Source of the DNA: Trichodelitschia bisporula
Lineage: Eukaryota
Length of the DNA: 64,000 bases
Assembly: GCA_010356995.1 (NCBI GenBank)
Contig: ML996687.1
Coordinates: 373,803 to 437,802 of the forward strand
Reading direction: 5' to 3'
The notes under the pieces were generated by a model. The model was not told the DNA's origin. It saw only the letters and a program-made list of their open reading frames with translations, and did no database searches. Both the position numbers and the translations under genes were made by a program. Position 1 is the stretch's first letter. Each line of letters begins with the position of its first letter. Shown piece after piece: positions 35,201-46,663 of this stretch.

Positions 35201-37063
35201 TCAGCATCCCCGGGGATTTCATGTCGAACGGAGTCCAGCATAATGCAAGATGCAACCACAAGGGCCAATTGCTGAAATATCTCTCGAGCTCCAACCTTGC
35301 TCCCTTGCTGCTCCGTGATGTTAATGCCCAGCCGAAGTATGTTGCCTCCAAAATCTGTAGGTATGGGACTGTTGACGAATGACGCCTGAACAAAGTCAAA
35401 CGCTTCCTCCAAGCTGTGGGCGAAATGATCGAAGGCGTAATGCAGATAAGACTGCAGCTCTGTGGCATTGAGTAATAGTCTTAGAGATTGCTTCAACCCA
35501 CGGGTTGTTTTACATCCGTGCGCAATGCCGCCGTACAGCTTTTCGACTTGCTCTCGGATCAACTTGGGCCGTCCTGCACCTGGGATACGAATAATCTGAA
35601 TGGTTAGCAAGGACTGTCGGCAAGGAATACGAACTCTGGTCGCTGACCTGAATAGAGCTGTAATAACACTGCACAAGCTGCTGAAGGGTGTTGATATATT
35701 TCCCTCTCTCTTTCCAGAAGTCCGCATATTGCCGAAATGCCGCATTGTCATGGACCGTACTCGACAGAGACTCAAGCAAGCTGTTGGTGACGAAGTCGGA
35801 ATCCCACATCTCTGCAGGAAGATTGACTTCAGAGGCATTGAGGGCAATGATAGCGCAGGGAAGTACAGGCTGATTGGAAGAAGTTTCCAGCGCGGCCGCA
35901 GCCCACTCAATCAAACGCTCAAATACACTCTCAATGACTCTGCAATATGTGAGTGAGCTTAAAGCGGTCTGGTGAAGATAGAGTACCTCGGATTTTTTAG
36001 GACAAAGACGATGGTGTCTGAGAAAGTGTATAACAGTCGCGGATACAAATGAGTGACTGCAAACTGCCTCGTTCTCCGGTGCGGAGTATTGGCCCAAAGC
36101 AGTGCTCGCTCGGAGCCGAACTGATTCCTTGACACTTCATCTGTTTGTGTTTTCTTATAGTTTGTGTTCGTCTCGTTCCTGGTTCGCCGAAACATGGTCC
36201 CAACGGGCTCCCTTTCTCCTCCTTCCAGCCCTTCGCAGTCAGCATACAGCAGCGGAGCTTCCGAAGATATCGTGGCAGGATCGGAGTAAAGGTGGACGTC
36301 TTCGGAGGTAGGCACATCTTTTCCAGACATTCCAACAACCGGAGCGGGCTGCTGGACTCTGCCTGCGCCACCCTTGAAGGTGATAAGCAAGTTGATGAGT
36401 GTGCTCTTGCCCGCCCCACTTTGACCAACAAAAGACACCAAGCTGGGGGTCCGCATATCTCGAGCGGATGCTTTGCTGACTTCGGAGTCCCACGATAGTC
36501 GACGGGACGATCCCTCCGCTCTTGTACCCGTCATGATCTCGGCGAACCGGCCAGAATCCTGAAAGATGAGAAGCTGGTCCGATGGGACGTTACGATTGAC
36601 ACCTGGGCTAATCAGATACGCCTCCGATGCGTGGTATGTTACTGACCAAACCATGCGGTATTCTCATCCTGCGCGCAGAGCTTCGCATACACGTCCTCAT
36701 TACTGGGCGGTGACAGTGCATTCTGGACTTGCTTCGCGACCCACGGATTTGCCCTTTCATGAATTGCAGCCGAGCCCGTCGCCTTGGCTCCTACCCTCTT
36801 GCGGTGTGGAAGCTGAGCATTCCAGCATCTGTCGCAGAAGACGAAATCGCAAGCATAGCAGAAGTACAATGCTTGCTGTATGGTTGACTCTTCCTCTTCG
36901 CATGCCTCGCAGCAGATTTCGGCCTCGTCGGCTTCATCGAAGTCGTCGAGATTTATTGTACCTGACCTGGAGATTCTTGTCAATCCAAGGCAACATATAA
37001 CGGGAGACAGACGTACTGTGGTGGGGGATATTGGCTACCAGGTCGATCACTGCGGCCCACCAT
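32218..37063 (-). CDS. Large multidomain protein: B-box-like Zn finger, GBP/atlastin-type P-loop GTPase, RING-like finger, patatin-fold domain (catalytic residues substituted), disordered/coiled-coil tail; about 10 introns
   Basis: CEAC..CYAC..CDRC..H; VSFVGQSGAGKS, PTS, ADCEG; CLGC..PCGHILCTAC..CPL; ILVLDGGGIR, SKYDTEALE, ANYNR, KVWEAARAT, ISIGTG, RYVRVNP. Exons splice in frame from ATG 37063 (MVGRSDRPGSQYPPPQ) to the stop at 32218. Confidence 0.82.
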
Positions 37064-38803
37064 CTTGGACAACGACAAGGCTCAGGAAAGGTTTCCGCGG
37101 GCGAATTCGAGACCAACTCTAGATGTCTGGATCAACTGGCCGAGCGAGAGAGATGTAGGCGTGATGAAATCCAGATTGGAGCGCGCTGTAGGCTTATTAC
37201 GTTCTGTCTTCCGGCGGCGTAGAAGCTAATCGACAAGTGCGGGGAGAAACGTGGGTAAAGGAGACCGCGAGGTGGACGGACATACTGCGGAGTTCAAATC
37301 AATTTGTTGACATGCCCCCTCCACGCCATGCATTCAGTCTCGCGGCGGGGCGACCCAGTTCGGTGGTCCAGGCAAGGCCGGCGGTACAGACTAGCAGCCT
37401 CTGCTCGGACATGGCAGCGATGCTGGCGAACGAGCATACGAGGCGGGCATTCGGAGGCGCGAGCCTATCAAGCCCAACCCAGATACCAACGGACAGGAGG
37501 TAGCCTCTGAAGAAGCGGAGTTCCGTTGCATGTCGTGCTGGACCAGGCTGCGATTTCTGGCTGAGGTAGGTGAATCAGCACATGGGATTGGAGAATTGGA
37601 AGGCGGAGCCGACAACAGCGTGCTCAAACCTAAGCATCTGTTTGGACGAAACGGCAAACTCGCAACATCAGCCGAGACGCCACGAAACGCCATCGACTCA
37701 CGCTCCGTCCGCATTCCAGAGGCCTGGGAACAGCGTTTCGGGGGGCTGTGCGCAGTGCAGAGAACCTGCCACTCCTCCAAAGCCGCATTGAAGCCGCCAG
37801 TCCTGTCGATCATCACTCGTATCGTCGTGAACGGTCCGGGAAGGTAAAAGGTCGCGTGCGTCCTGATATCGGAGTGAAGAGCCACGCTTGGACGGCATCA
37901 GCTGCGAAGGTAAAGACGTGAACTTTAATGTTGTTTTCTTCTTCATTACCTAGACTCGAAAGGACTGTAACTGCACACTTCGTTTGGCGTGGGGTGCTTG
38001 GGAGTGACATTCGTGGCGTCATGGCAGATTGGCAATGTCAACGTGCAGCGTTGCATTAAAAAAAACCGTTTTGTCAGAAAGATGCCCCCATCCAGGGTTG
38101 CCTGCAAGGTACCGATGCCCTGTCATGACATGGGATTGAGTGAGTGTGAAGTCCTCGGGAGATCACCTACCGTAAGCTTAAGCAACAGTTACCTTGGCAT
38201 CCAAAGACATTTCGAGCAACGGTCGCAGGATTAACTACTTCATTGAGTACAGCAACATCACCAAGTGCGTAGGCCAGTTGCAAATAGAAAAGTCATCGAT
38301 TCTCACTTGGCAATTAGCGGGGTATATCTTTGAGCACTTCAAGTGGAGGAATCAGCTGCTCCATAAGCTTTGCGTGCCATTCCTAAATTAGGTATGCACC
38401 TTGAACGACTAGAGCCATGCGACCAACCCGAGAGAAGGCGTTTGCTTCAGTCACAGACACTATCAAATCCTGTCCCTGCAGATCGTGAAATGCTTCGAAC
38501 CGAGCAATGAGGAACATGATACGAGTACTGGAAATCTGATCAAAAGGTGGCATAGAGTGAGGTGCACCTGGGCTGGTATTAGGCTTGATTGAAGCATCAG
38601 GTCAAATGTCAGCCAGCTTGAAAGTGAAAAACATTGTGTAGTTACGCCGAACCCCGATCCCTCCGTTTCCGGCGTAGAAATGCATTTTCGAAGAGCGTGA
38701 GTATCGTGATACAGGTAAAAAAATGGTATCGATGAGAGGTGGGGCGTGAGCCTGCAGGCAAGGGTAGACGTGACCCCGATTTCAGTTCAGGTTGTTGGTA
38801 GGA

Positions 38804-41720
38804 CTAGCTGTTCAGCATTTGCGTGATGCTAGCCCACTTCTGCTTGATAGCCTCATATTCCGAGTTGATCTGTACCCCGTTAGCTGTCGGCTCTTATCGG
38901 GACTGCCGGGCTTACCTGAGCAAGTCGGAGTTTCGTATCCACTAAAGCCCGTTCCATCTCTTGCTTCTCTTCTTCCACTGCTCGATTCAAGTTATGCACT
39001 TCAATGTTGCGCTGCATGACGGCGTCCATCTCTGCCCGAAGGCGCGCCTCCACCTCCTCCGTTTGGTGAGCAACAACGTTTTTTAGTTCTTCGACTTGGC
39101 CCTTCAGGCTTTCGTTCTGATCTTGCAATTCTTCGTTCTCAACCTTGATACGCACCAGCTCTGAGGCGACTTGGACGTGCTCCGTGTCGCTCTGCTCGGC
39201 AGCTTCCTCGAGCCGGCGGACCTGGGATTGGAGGGAGGTGCACTGGGATTTCAGAATCTGAAGTTCATTTTGGCGCTGAGATTCAGCACGCTGCTGCTCC
39301 TCCCACTCTGCCGCATAGCTAGCCAGCATCTCAGGGGTGATCTTGACCGAGCAGGCGTCTTGTACGAGCATATCTGCGCGGTACACTTCACGGTCAACAC
39401 CATTGAGTGCTGAGCCGAAGAAGCCAGAGTCGAGAATCGAGCTCGCCGATGGGGCTTTGTCAATGTACACGTCGAACAGCCGGTCCTTAAGGAAGTTGGT
39501 CAAAGCGCTCATGTCCTTCATGCCCAACAGGGTCTCGCGATTCTTTTGCATAAGCACAATACCAAACTTGAGGATTGCGCCTTCAAGACCTTCACTGAGG
39601 ATCAAGTCATAGATCCGGAGGACAAGCTGCAGCGGGAAGCGGTATGCGAAGAGCGTGAGGAACCACTGCGTAGCATATAGGTTGGGCGACACTCCGCGGC
39701 GGTGCAAGTGACAGTACAACGCTGGTTCCAGGTCCTCCAGTAGCCGAGAAAACTGGTACAGGTGGAGATGAAGCCCCGGCATGTCTTGTATGAACATCTG
39801 ACGCAAACCGTACTGATACATGATCCGTACGAGCATGCAAAATGCTTCTTCCTCAGGCATCTAATTTGCGTTAGAACGTCTCAAATCTAAGGGATAACTT
39901 ACGTTGAACAGGAGCGGCATGACGATGAAATTCATTCCTTGCGCGTAGCCGACTTCCTCGTCGTACAAGGCGTATGCTTTGCAGACGCCGTACAGGCCGT
40001 CTTGGAGGCCCGCAGCCATGATGTACTTGGAGTAGCTGGTCCGTGTACCCAGATCCCGTTTGATGGCCTTTTCCAACTTGTGTAGTTTGGCAAGCTGTTC
40101 TGACGTCGGGTCGGGGCGTGCCTTCAAAGCAGCAAGCCTGCTCGTGACAGCCAGTGTCTCAAGAGATGGAGACGTGGCCCCATCCGCCATCGGCGGCGTG
40201 GAGTTGTCAGAGTGGATGCTGGAGGCTGAGCTCGCAAGCGATTCCTTACCCTTGCTGCTGCGGTTGCTGCTCGAATTGCCGTCCGCGGTGTTGCCGTTGA
40301 TGTTAGGCTTGTCAGACCCGCGCGCCACCAGCTGGGGGTAAATCGCTTCCAGATCTTCATTCTTGCTCATAGCCAGGACTTGCCAGATGACGCCACGAAT
40401 GGCCTGCGGAATTCCGCCTGCGATGGCGCGGTTGAGTTGCTCAGGACTGCTGCGAGCAACTGCCGCAGGACCTTCATTGACAACGGCCTGCCAAAGGTCC
40501 CAGTCCACTTCCGCGTCGGCATCAGGAGCCGTAGACATACCGGAAACCGTCCCGGGGGGCAGATTGGGGTTAATCGTGGGTTTCCTGGTGATGGGACTGG
40601 GGCCGGGGCTTGAAGCGCTGTGCTTCATGGTTGGAGCAAACGACTCGTCCTTCTCGGCGATGCTCGGCGAAGTCGGGCTCGCGACGCTGGCAGATCGGCC
40701 CATGAAATTGCCAAAAACTCCGCCATTTGTCGCTTCAGGGACCGATCCTTCATCAAATGCGGATATGCCAGCCTCCTCACGCATGCGCACAATCTTGAAG
40801 CGGTCTTTTAAGCTACTCTGGCTATGCCGCGATTTCGTCGCTGATCCGGGTTCGTCGCCTTCATCCAGCTTACTCAACATGAGCTCCGAGTTACTACCAA
40901 CCGTAGAAGTGGTATTTCGGCGGTCATGGGGCGGAGGGCTCGTGGCAGGGGGGGAGGCGGGCTTCTTGTCGGTGCCAGTCGTGGCCCGCGACAGCCATGA
41001 GAAAGGTGAGTTGAACTTGCGCGCAACAGGTGGGCGGGCTGGAGTTGGGACGGGCTTTTCGATGATAGGCGTAGAAGCCATTGTGGATGCAGTAGACCCC
41101 GGGCGAGAGACTTCTGACGCTTCGGAGGGGGTTTGTTTGAGTGGGATTGAGAAAGTGGACGTCCCGGTCGGCGCCCTCGAGCGGGAAGGAATGGACGCAG
41201 ACTCTAGTTGGTGTCAGTTTGACCCAGCGCAAAAGTAACGGAGGCTGCGGTGAAAATCGATCGAAAAGCAAAGGCAAGACGAAAACGATGACCAGTTCGT
41301 GTGTCCGCATAACCACAAGGGCCAAAGATTAACTGCGAGTAGCGAGCACTAACCGTCCTCAAGATTCACATCCTGCATGCTTGCAGCGTCGATTTTGTGA
41401 TCTGCCAGATGAGGTGACTTCTCCGACGTGGTGCCATTTAGCTCGGTCGCAGCTTCCCTAGTGACACCCTTTTCAGGCCTTCCACGTGTATCCAGCTTGT
41501 CACTCGATTGTGCAGGTGAAGATGGCCGGCGGTCTGTGAGAGACCGCGTTGCTTCTGGCGATCGCTGTCGAGGACGTGGCGTCAGGTCCGGTGCATCGTC
41601 GTAGACGCTCTGTTTGAGAGTCAGTCCGGTCTTTGAGACGGTAAGTACGCGTCTTACATCACTGTTCAGGCTCGAACTGCTGGTCGTGGGCCTGGGAGGT
41701 GTAGCGGGTCGGTCAGCCAT
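38804..41720 (-). CDS. TBC-domain Rab GTPase-activating protein (Gyp5/EVI5-like) with C-terminal coiled coil
   Basis: GIPQAIRGVIWQ, IKRDLGTRT (R finger), VGYAQGMNF (Q finger), MPEEEAFC, YATQWFLTLFAYRFP and long heptad repeats. Introns near 41204-41352, 39861-39902 and 38870-38915; last exon INSEYEAIKQKWASITQMLNS*. Confidence 0.92.
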
Positions 41721-42609
41721 TGCGGAAGTCGGAATATCCTCTTGGGCGGCGACCGTGGTGCGGAGGTGGTAGGTGTTACTGGCGCAGCTAATCCTCGGGG
41801 GAAGGCGCTTCAATGGGTCATTATTGGACGATGGAGTGCAGCGGCGGCTTGCGAATTTCTTCCGTTGCTGGTCGAGCGTTCAGGGAGTGGGAATGGCTGT
41901 TAATGAAGGTGTTAACGTGAAAAAAGGTGGTTGCATGTGGGTGGAAGCTTCGACTGGAGCGCCCTGGCGTGCCTTGCTGCCGTGCGATCAACGATGGCCG
42001 ATGCAATGCAGCCACGCCAGTGGGGGAAGCCTGGGATGATGGGTGCCGAAACCTATTTTGGGAGTGGCCAAGCGCAGGAGACCTCACGTTGGACTTCTGA
42101 GGGTTTGTTTGTTTATATCTCAACAATAACCCTATGGTTCATCGACAAGTACCGTCTAAGGTCAGAGGCCATGTGGCTTTAGGACTCGCACAGTCGCACT
42201 CTCTGCATCCCACTATCTCACTCTCAGATGCCATATCCGCGTCGTCACCCAAGTGTTTCAGAAGCAAGCCTTCAATTCGAAACGTACCAGACCCGAAGGC
42301 TCAGCCACACTTCCCCTTTCACCTGCCGCAATACCCTTGCTAGTGTGGCGCGGGCAGGGGGAGTTACGAATGGTTCGCGCGTGAGATGCGCCGCTCGCGC
42401 GACAATCTTTTCCTCAATTTGCCTGTTCCAATTGATGTGGCCGTTTATCGTACATTTATATAAGTCTAGACCACGCGCTCTTCATGCTCCTAAGCTCATG
42501 TAACTTTTGCGAACATGGCGTTAGAGGGAATCAACTTTGCAAATCATTTTCTCATCTCCCCTCTCAAGCTCCGTACCGGTCATTGGGCTCCCTTCCGGTC
42601 CTGTCCTGC

Positions 42610-44965
42610 TCAGACTGGATGAGTGTTAGCAGATCACCAGAAATCACAGGGAGTTGGCTCTTACATCGCAGATCCCACCCAATCTTCGGTCCCAGCTTGG
42701 GGAGCTCGTCAGCGACGCTCTGGACGTCCTTGTCACCACGCCCGCTGAGGCAGATGACGATATCCTGGTCCTTGCTCATCGTCTTGGCCAACTCCATCGC
42801 GCCATAGATGGCATGCGACGTCTCGAGTGCTGGGATGATACCTTCCAGCTGGCTCAGCATCCGGAATCCGATGAAAGCCTCGGCATCTGTAGCGGCAATG
42901 AACTTGGCACGTTCAGCATCCTTCCACGATGAGAGTTCCGGACCGACACCCGGATAATCAAGGCCAGCCGAGACCGAGTGTGTATCGCTGATCTGACCAT
43001 GCTTGTCCTGAAGGACGTACGTCCGCACGCCATGCAAAACGCCCTTCGTGCCGCTCGTCAGAGTCGCGCTATGGCGGTCCGTATCAATGCCATCGCCGCC
43101 GGCTTCTACACCAAGAAGTTTAACCGATGGGTCATTCGAAAACGGATAAAACATGCCGACCGCATTGCTGCCACCGCCGACGCAAGCCACAACGGCATCC
43201 GGAAGCTTGCCCCGGAGTTCTTGCATCTGCTCCTTGGTCTCGTTACCGATCACAGACTGGAAAGTTCGGACAATGGTTGGGAAGGGGTGCGGGCCAATGG
43301 CAGAGCCAATGATAAAATGTGTCGTCGACAGCCTAACCACCCAGGCACGGAGCGCCTCGTTGACGGCATCCCGGAGGGTGCGCGACCCTGCCTCGACGGC
43401 GATGACTTGCGCGCCGAGGAGTTTGATGCGGAAGACATTCAGCGCCTGCCGCCGGACATCTTCGGCGCCCATGTAAATCGTGCACTTCATCCCAAATTTG
43501 GCGCAAACTGTCGCCGTTGCCACGCCGTGTTGTCCGGCACCGGTCTCGGCAATGATCTCAGTCTTGCCCATCCGACGCGCCAGCAAAATCTGGCCCAAGG
43601 CGTTATTGATTTTGTGGCTGCCAGTGTGGTTCAGGTCTTCACGCTTCAGCCAGATGTTGGCACCGCCAGCGTGCTCGGTCAGGCGCTCAGCGAGGTGAAG
43701 ATGGCCAGGCCGTCCCATCCAGTGGTAGTAGGAGCGATATTCTTTCCAGAACTCGGGATCATCTTTTGCGTGGTTGAAACAGGCTTCGAGCTCTGCAAGG
43801 CAATCCATCAACGACTCAGGTACGTACTGCCCACCAAACTCGCCAAACCGTGCGGCAGCTGCAGGATCTGTGCCGTTGGCGGCCTCGAGCTGCTCCAGTA
43901 GATTGGGTCCCGTGGTGTCTGCATCGGTGATAATAGCGTCAACGTGAACCCCTGCCGAAACCTTGGCCTCGTTGATGCTTTCTACAATTCCCACTTCCCG
44001 AGTCAAGTCGTTCGCTCCTGGCTCCCGACCGCTGATCGTGCGGCAATACTCCTCTACAGCTTTGGCCCCCTGTCCTGGCGCAGCTTCTGCGAGTGTTGTG
44101 ACAATTTGGCTGCCGATAACGACGCCCTCGGCGATGCTTCCAACGCTGAGGAAGTGATCACGGGTGCTCACACCGAATCCAACTGCTGCTGGAATGTTGC
44201 CGGAGTACTTGTGCACCCGATCAAGAAGCTGTGGTAGACCTGCGCTCAGGGTACCGGTGGCACCTGTGACCCCCATTCTGGACACGACGTAGATAAAGGA
44301 ATCCGCAATCTTGCACAGGAGCTTCATGCGATTCTCCGAGGTAGATGGCGCTATAAGAGGGACGTAGGAGAGGCTAGAGCTTCGTTAGTCTTTCCACAGT
44401 GAAGCTGACATGACACTCACCCTGCCTTGGAGCAATAGTTGCGGAAGCGAACGGCCTCCTCCGGGGGCAGGTCAACAACAATGAAGCCGTTGGCTCCAGC
44501 CTCACGTGCATCCTGCATGATTTTCTCCTCGCCATAGCTGAGGAGGGGATTATAGTAGCCCATGAGCATGATGGGAGCCTTGAGACCGCGCTTTCTTGCG
44601 TCCCGCACCGCATCGAGGACTTTTGAAGTGGTAACGCCATTCTGCAACGCTATGGTATTCGCCTTTTGGATGGTTGGGCCGTCTGCAATGGGATCGGTGA
44701 ACGGCATACCCAATTCAATGACCTCTGTACAAACAATTGGGTCAGCATTGGTTTGAAACGTTGAGAGGAGCTATTGTACCTGCACCACCAGCCTCCATCC
44801 CCAGCAGGATGTCGGGCGTGTCGTCGATCGTGGGATACCCCGCAGTCACATATGTGACAAGCGCGGGCTGATGGGAGTCAGGAACAGTACTTGATCACGT
44901 TGCGGAGCTGAACGTACTCTGCCCTCACGCTTGCAGCGTGCGAAGGTATTTTTGATTGCCTCCAT
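42610..44965 (-). CDS. TRP5: Tryptophan synthase (fused alpha-beta, fungal)
   Basis: Alpha part: [38 protein letters not shown]. Beta part: [27 protein letters not shown] (PLP Lys), [27 protein letters not shown]. Four introns; ends GWDLRF*. Confidence 0.98.
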
Positions 44966-46663
44966 GGCTAATTCGGACAATTGGCCCGCTTGGAGGAACG
45001 GAAGGGTGCAAAAGCGATTGGGTTGCGGAGCTACGTGTGGATGGTTTGAAGCTCAAAGGCAGAGCTATATGAGATGACAGTCAATAGATATGGTGACTTC
45101 GAGTCTTCTTGTGACTGTTTTTTGTGGCTGCAAGTATGACTGTCAAGAGATACCCCGCCGAAGTCGCTAGCGGTACGACGGCTCCGGCAAAAATGGGGGA
45201 GGGGGCGCCATCTTGGCAGCCGCCACAGCACAACGTAGAGCCCGGGTCCGCAAAATTCCAGAATATCGGAGCGCAGATCACAACCCACTATCCTCCGTGC
45301 CTCCCACAAGGCTGGAGTTCAGTGTAACGCTCCAACTACTCCGTATGTTCCAGTATCACGCTACATTCATTGAAGTCGCACCTTGTGTTATCGATATCTC
45401 CCGTCGGAAACATTGCTGCAGTTTGGTTTAAATTCCGCCTGCTATAATCAAACCAAAGAGTAGGGCAGCACCTCACGCCAGTCCCAAATTGTTCAAAGGT
45501 GTAAGTATGTGTTGAACATCTCCCTTTTGGACACTGATCTGCAATTGTTCGGTACTCGGGCTGGATACAGCCAACCGTCTCATATTTCCTCCTGGTGTGT
45601 AAGGACCATAACATACTCCGTACTTACACCTCAAGAGCTGTCCGAAAGCGGTAGGTGAAGATCTAGACAAAGATCAAGGGCTAAACGAACAAGTCATGTC
45701 GCCCCTCCTCGGTAGTAGTCTCCGCATACCTCCGTATGCCTCAGCAAAAGTCGGGGGCGAGGGAGGACATCACCGTTCCTATCCAATTGCGGCTTAAGCG
45801 CCTAAATTTTGCATTCTGATAACAATTGACAGATCCCAGTCAGCCAGGGCATTGGTCACCAAGTCTTGATGTTGGTACATCCTTACATAAGAACCCAGAA
45901 TTAAATGCATGAAATGTGCCGTGTGCCTTGCAGCTTTAGAGTCGAAGTGGCAGGCTAGGTTGGAAGGCATTCCAAGAAAGTGTACCCTTAAAAGCCAATG
46001 ATGCGGTGGCGTTGCCTTAAAACGGCTCTTCCTTGGCCATTGTCTTCCTTATCCCACTGCAGATGGACCGTGCCTGGACTACGGGAGCTGCACTCGAATG
46101 TGAAGCAACTGCAGCTGCTGAATGGACTGTTAAGGTGTTCCTGCGAATCCCTCACGAGTTTGAAGAGGAAGCGCGGGATACATCCGTAGTTATCGAGTGC
46201 GCCGAGCACTTCAGCCAGTCTTCCCTTGCCTGATTTGCTGTTCATGCGAAGAGACCTTCGCAATTAAGCCAGCTCACTCACACACCCCGCTTCCGCCGGC
46301 GGGGCCTCCCCCGCAATGGATTGACGCGCACCAGCGCAGACCGCTGCTGCCCGCTGCTGCGAGTCCAAGCGGGAGATAGGCATGACATCGCGATTTCCCG
46401 TATCCCCTGCAACTGCAGCTTCTGTCAAGGTAGACTCGCGTCCCGGCTGCTCAACAGTTAAAACCTTTCGCGCCTCCTCCTCGCCCTGTCCTCTCCCCTA
46501 AACATTTCCCCTTACTCTCCACCCCTCTCCTTTGCAGTACGCATTTTCGCATCCTACAGCACTCAGAATTTCCAAATATCCCATTGAGCATCCTTACTCC
46601 CCCACCCATTTGCCGACCCTCAGCTTCCAGGACCATCAGGCTTCAGCGGCGACCCACGGCGCC

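Noticed and set aside
37237..38400. Short ORFs upstream of the GTPase/patatin gene
   Set aside because: An in-frame stop just upstream of ATG 37063 bounds the gene; the remaining ORFs lack coding features.
40363..43901. Long plus-strand ORFs (291 aa, 307 aa) opposite the TBC gene and TRP5
   Set aside because: Antisense shadows of codon-biased genes.
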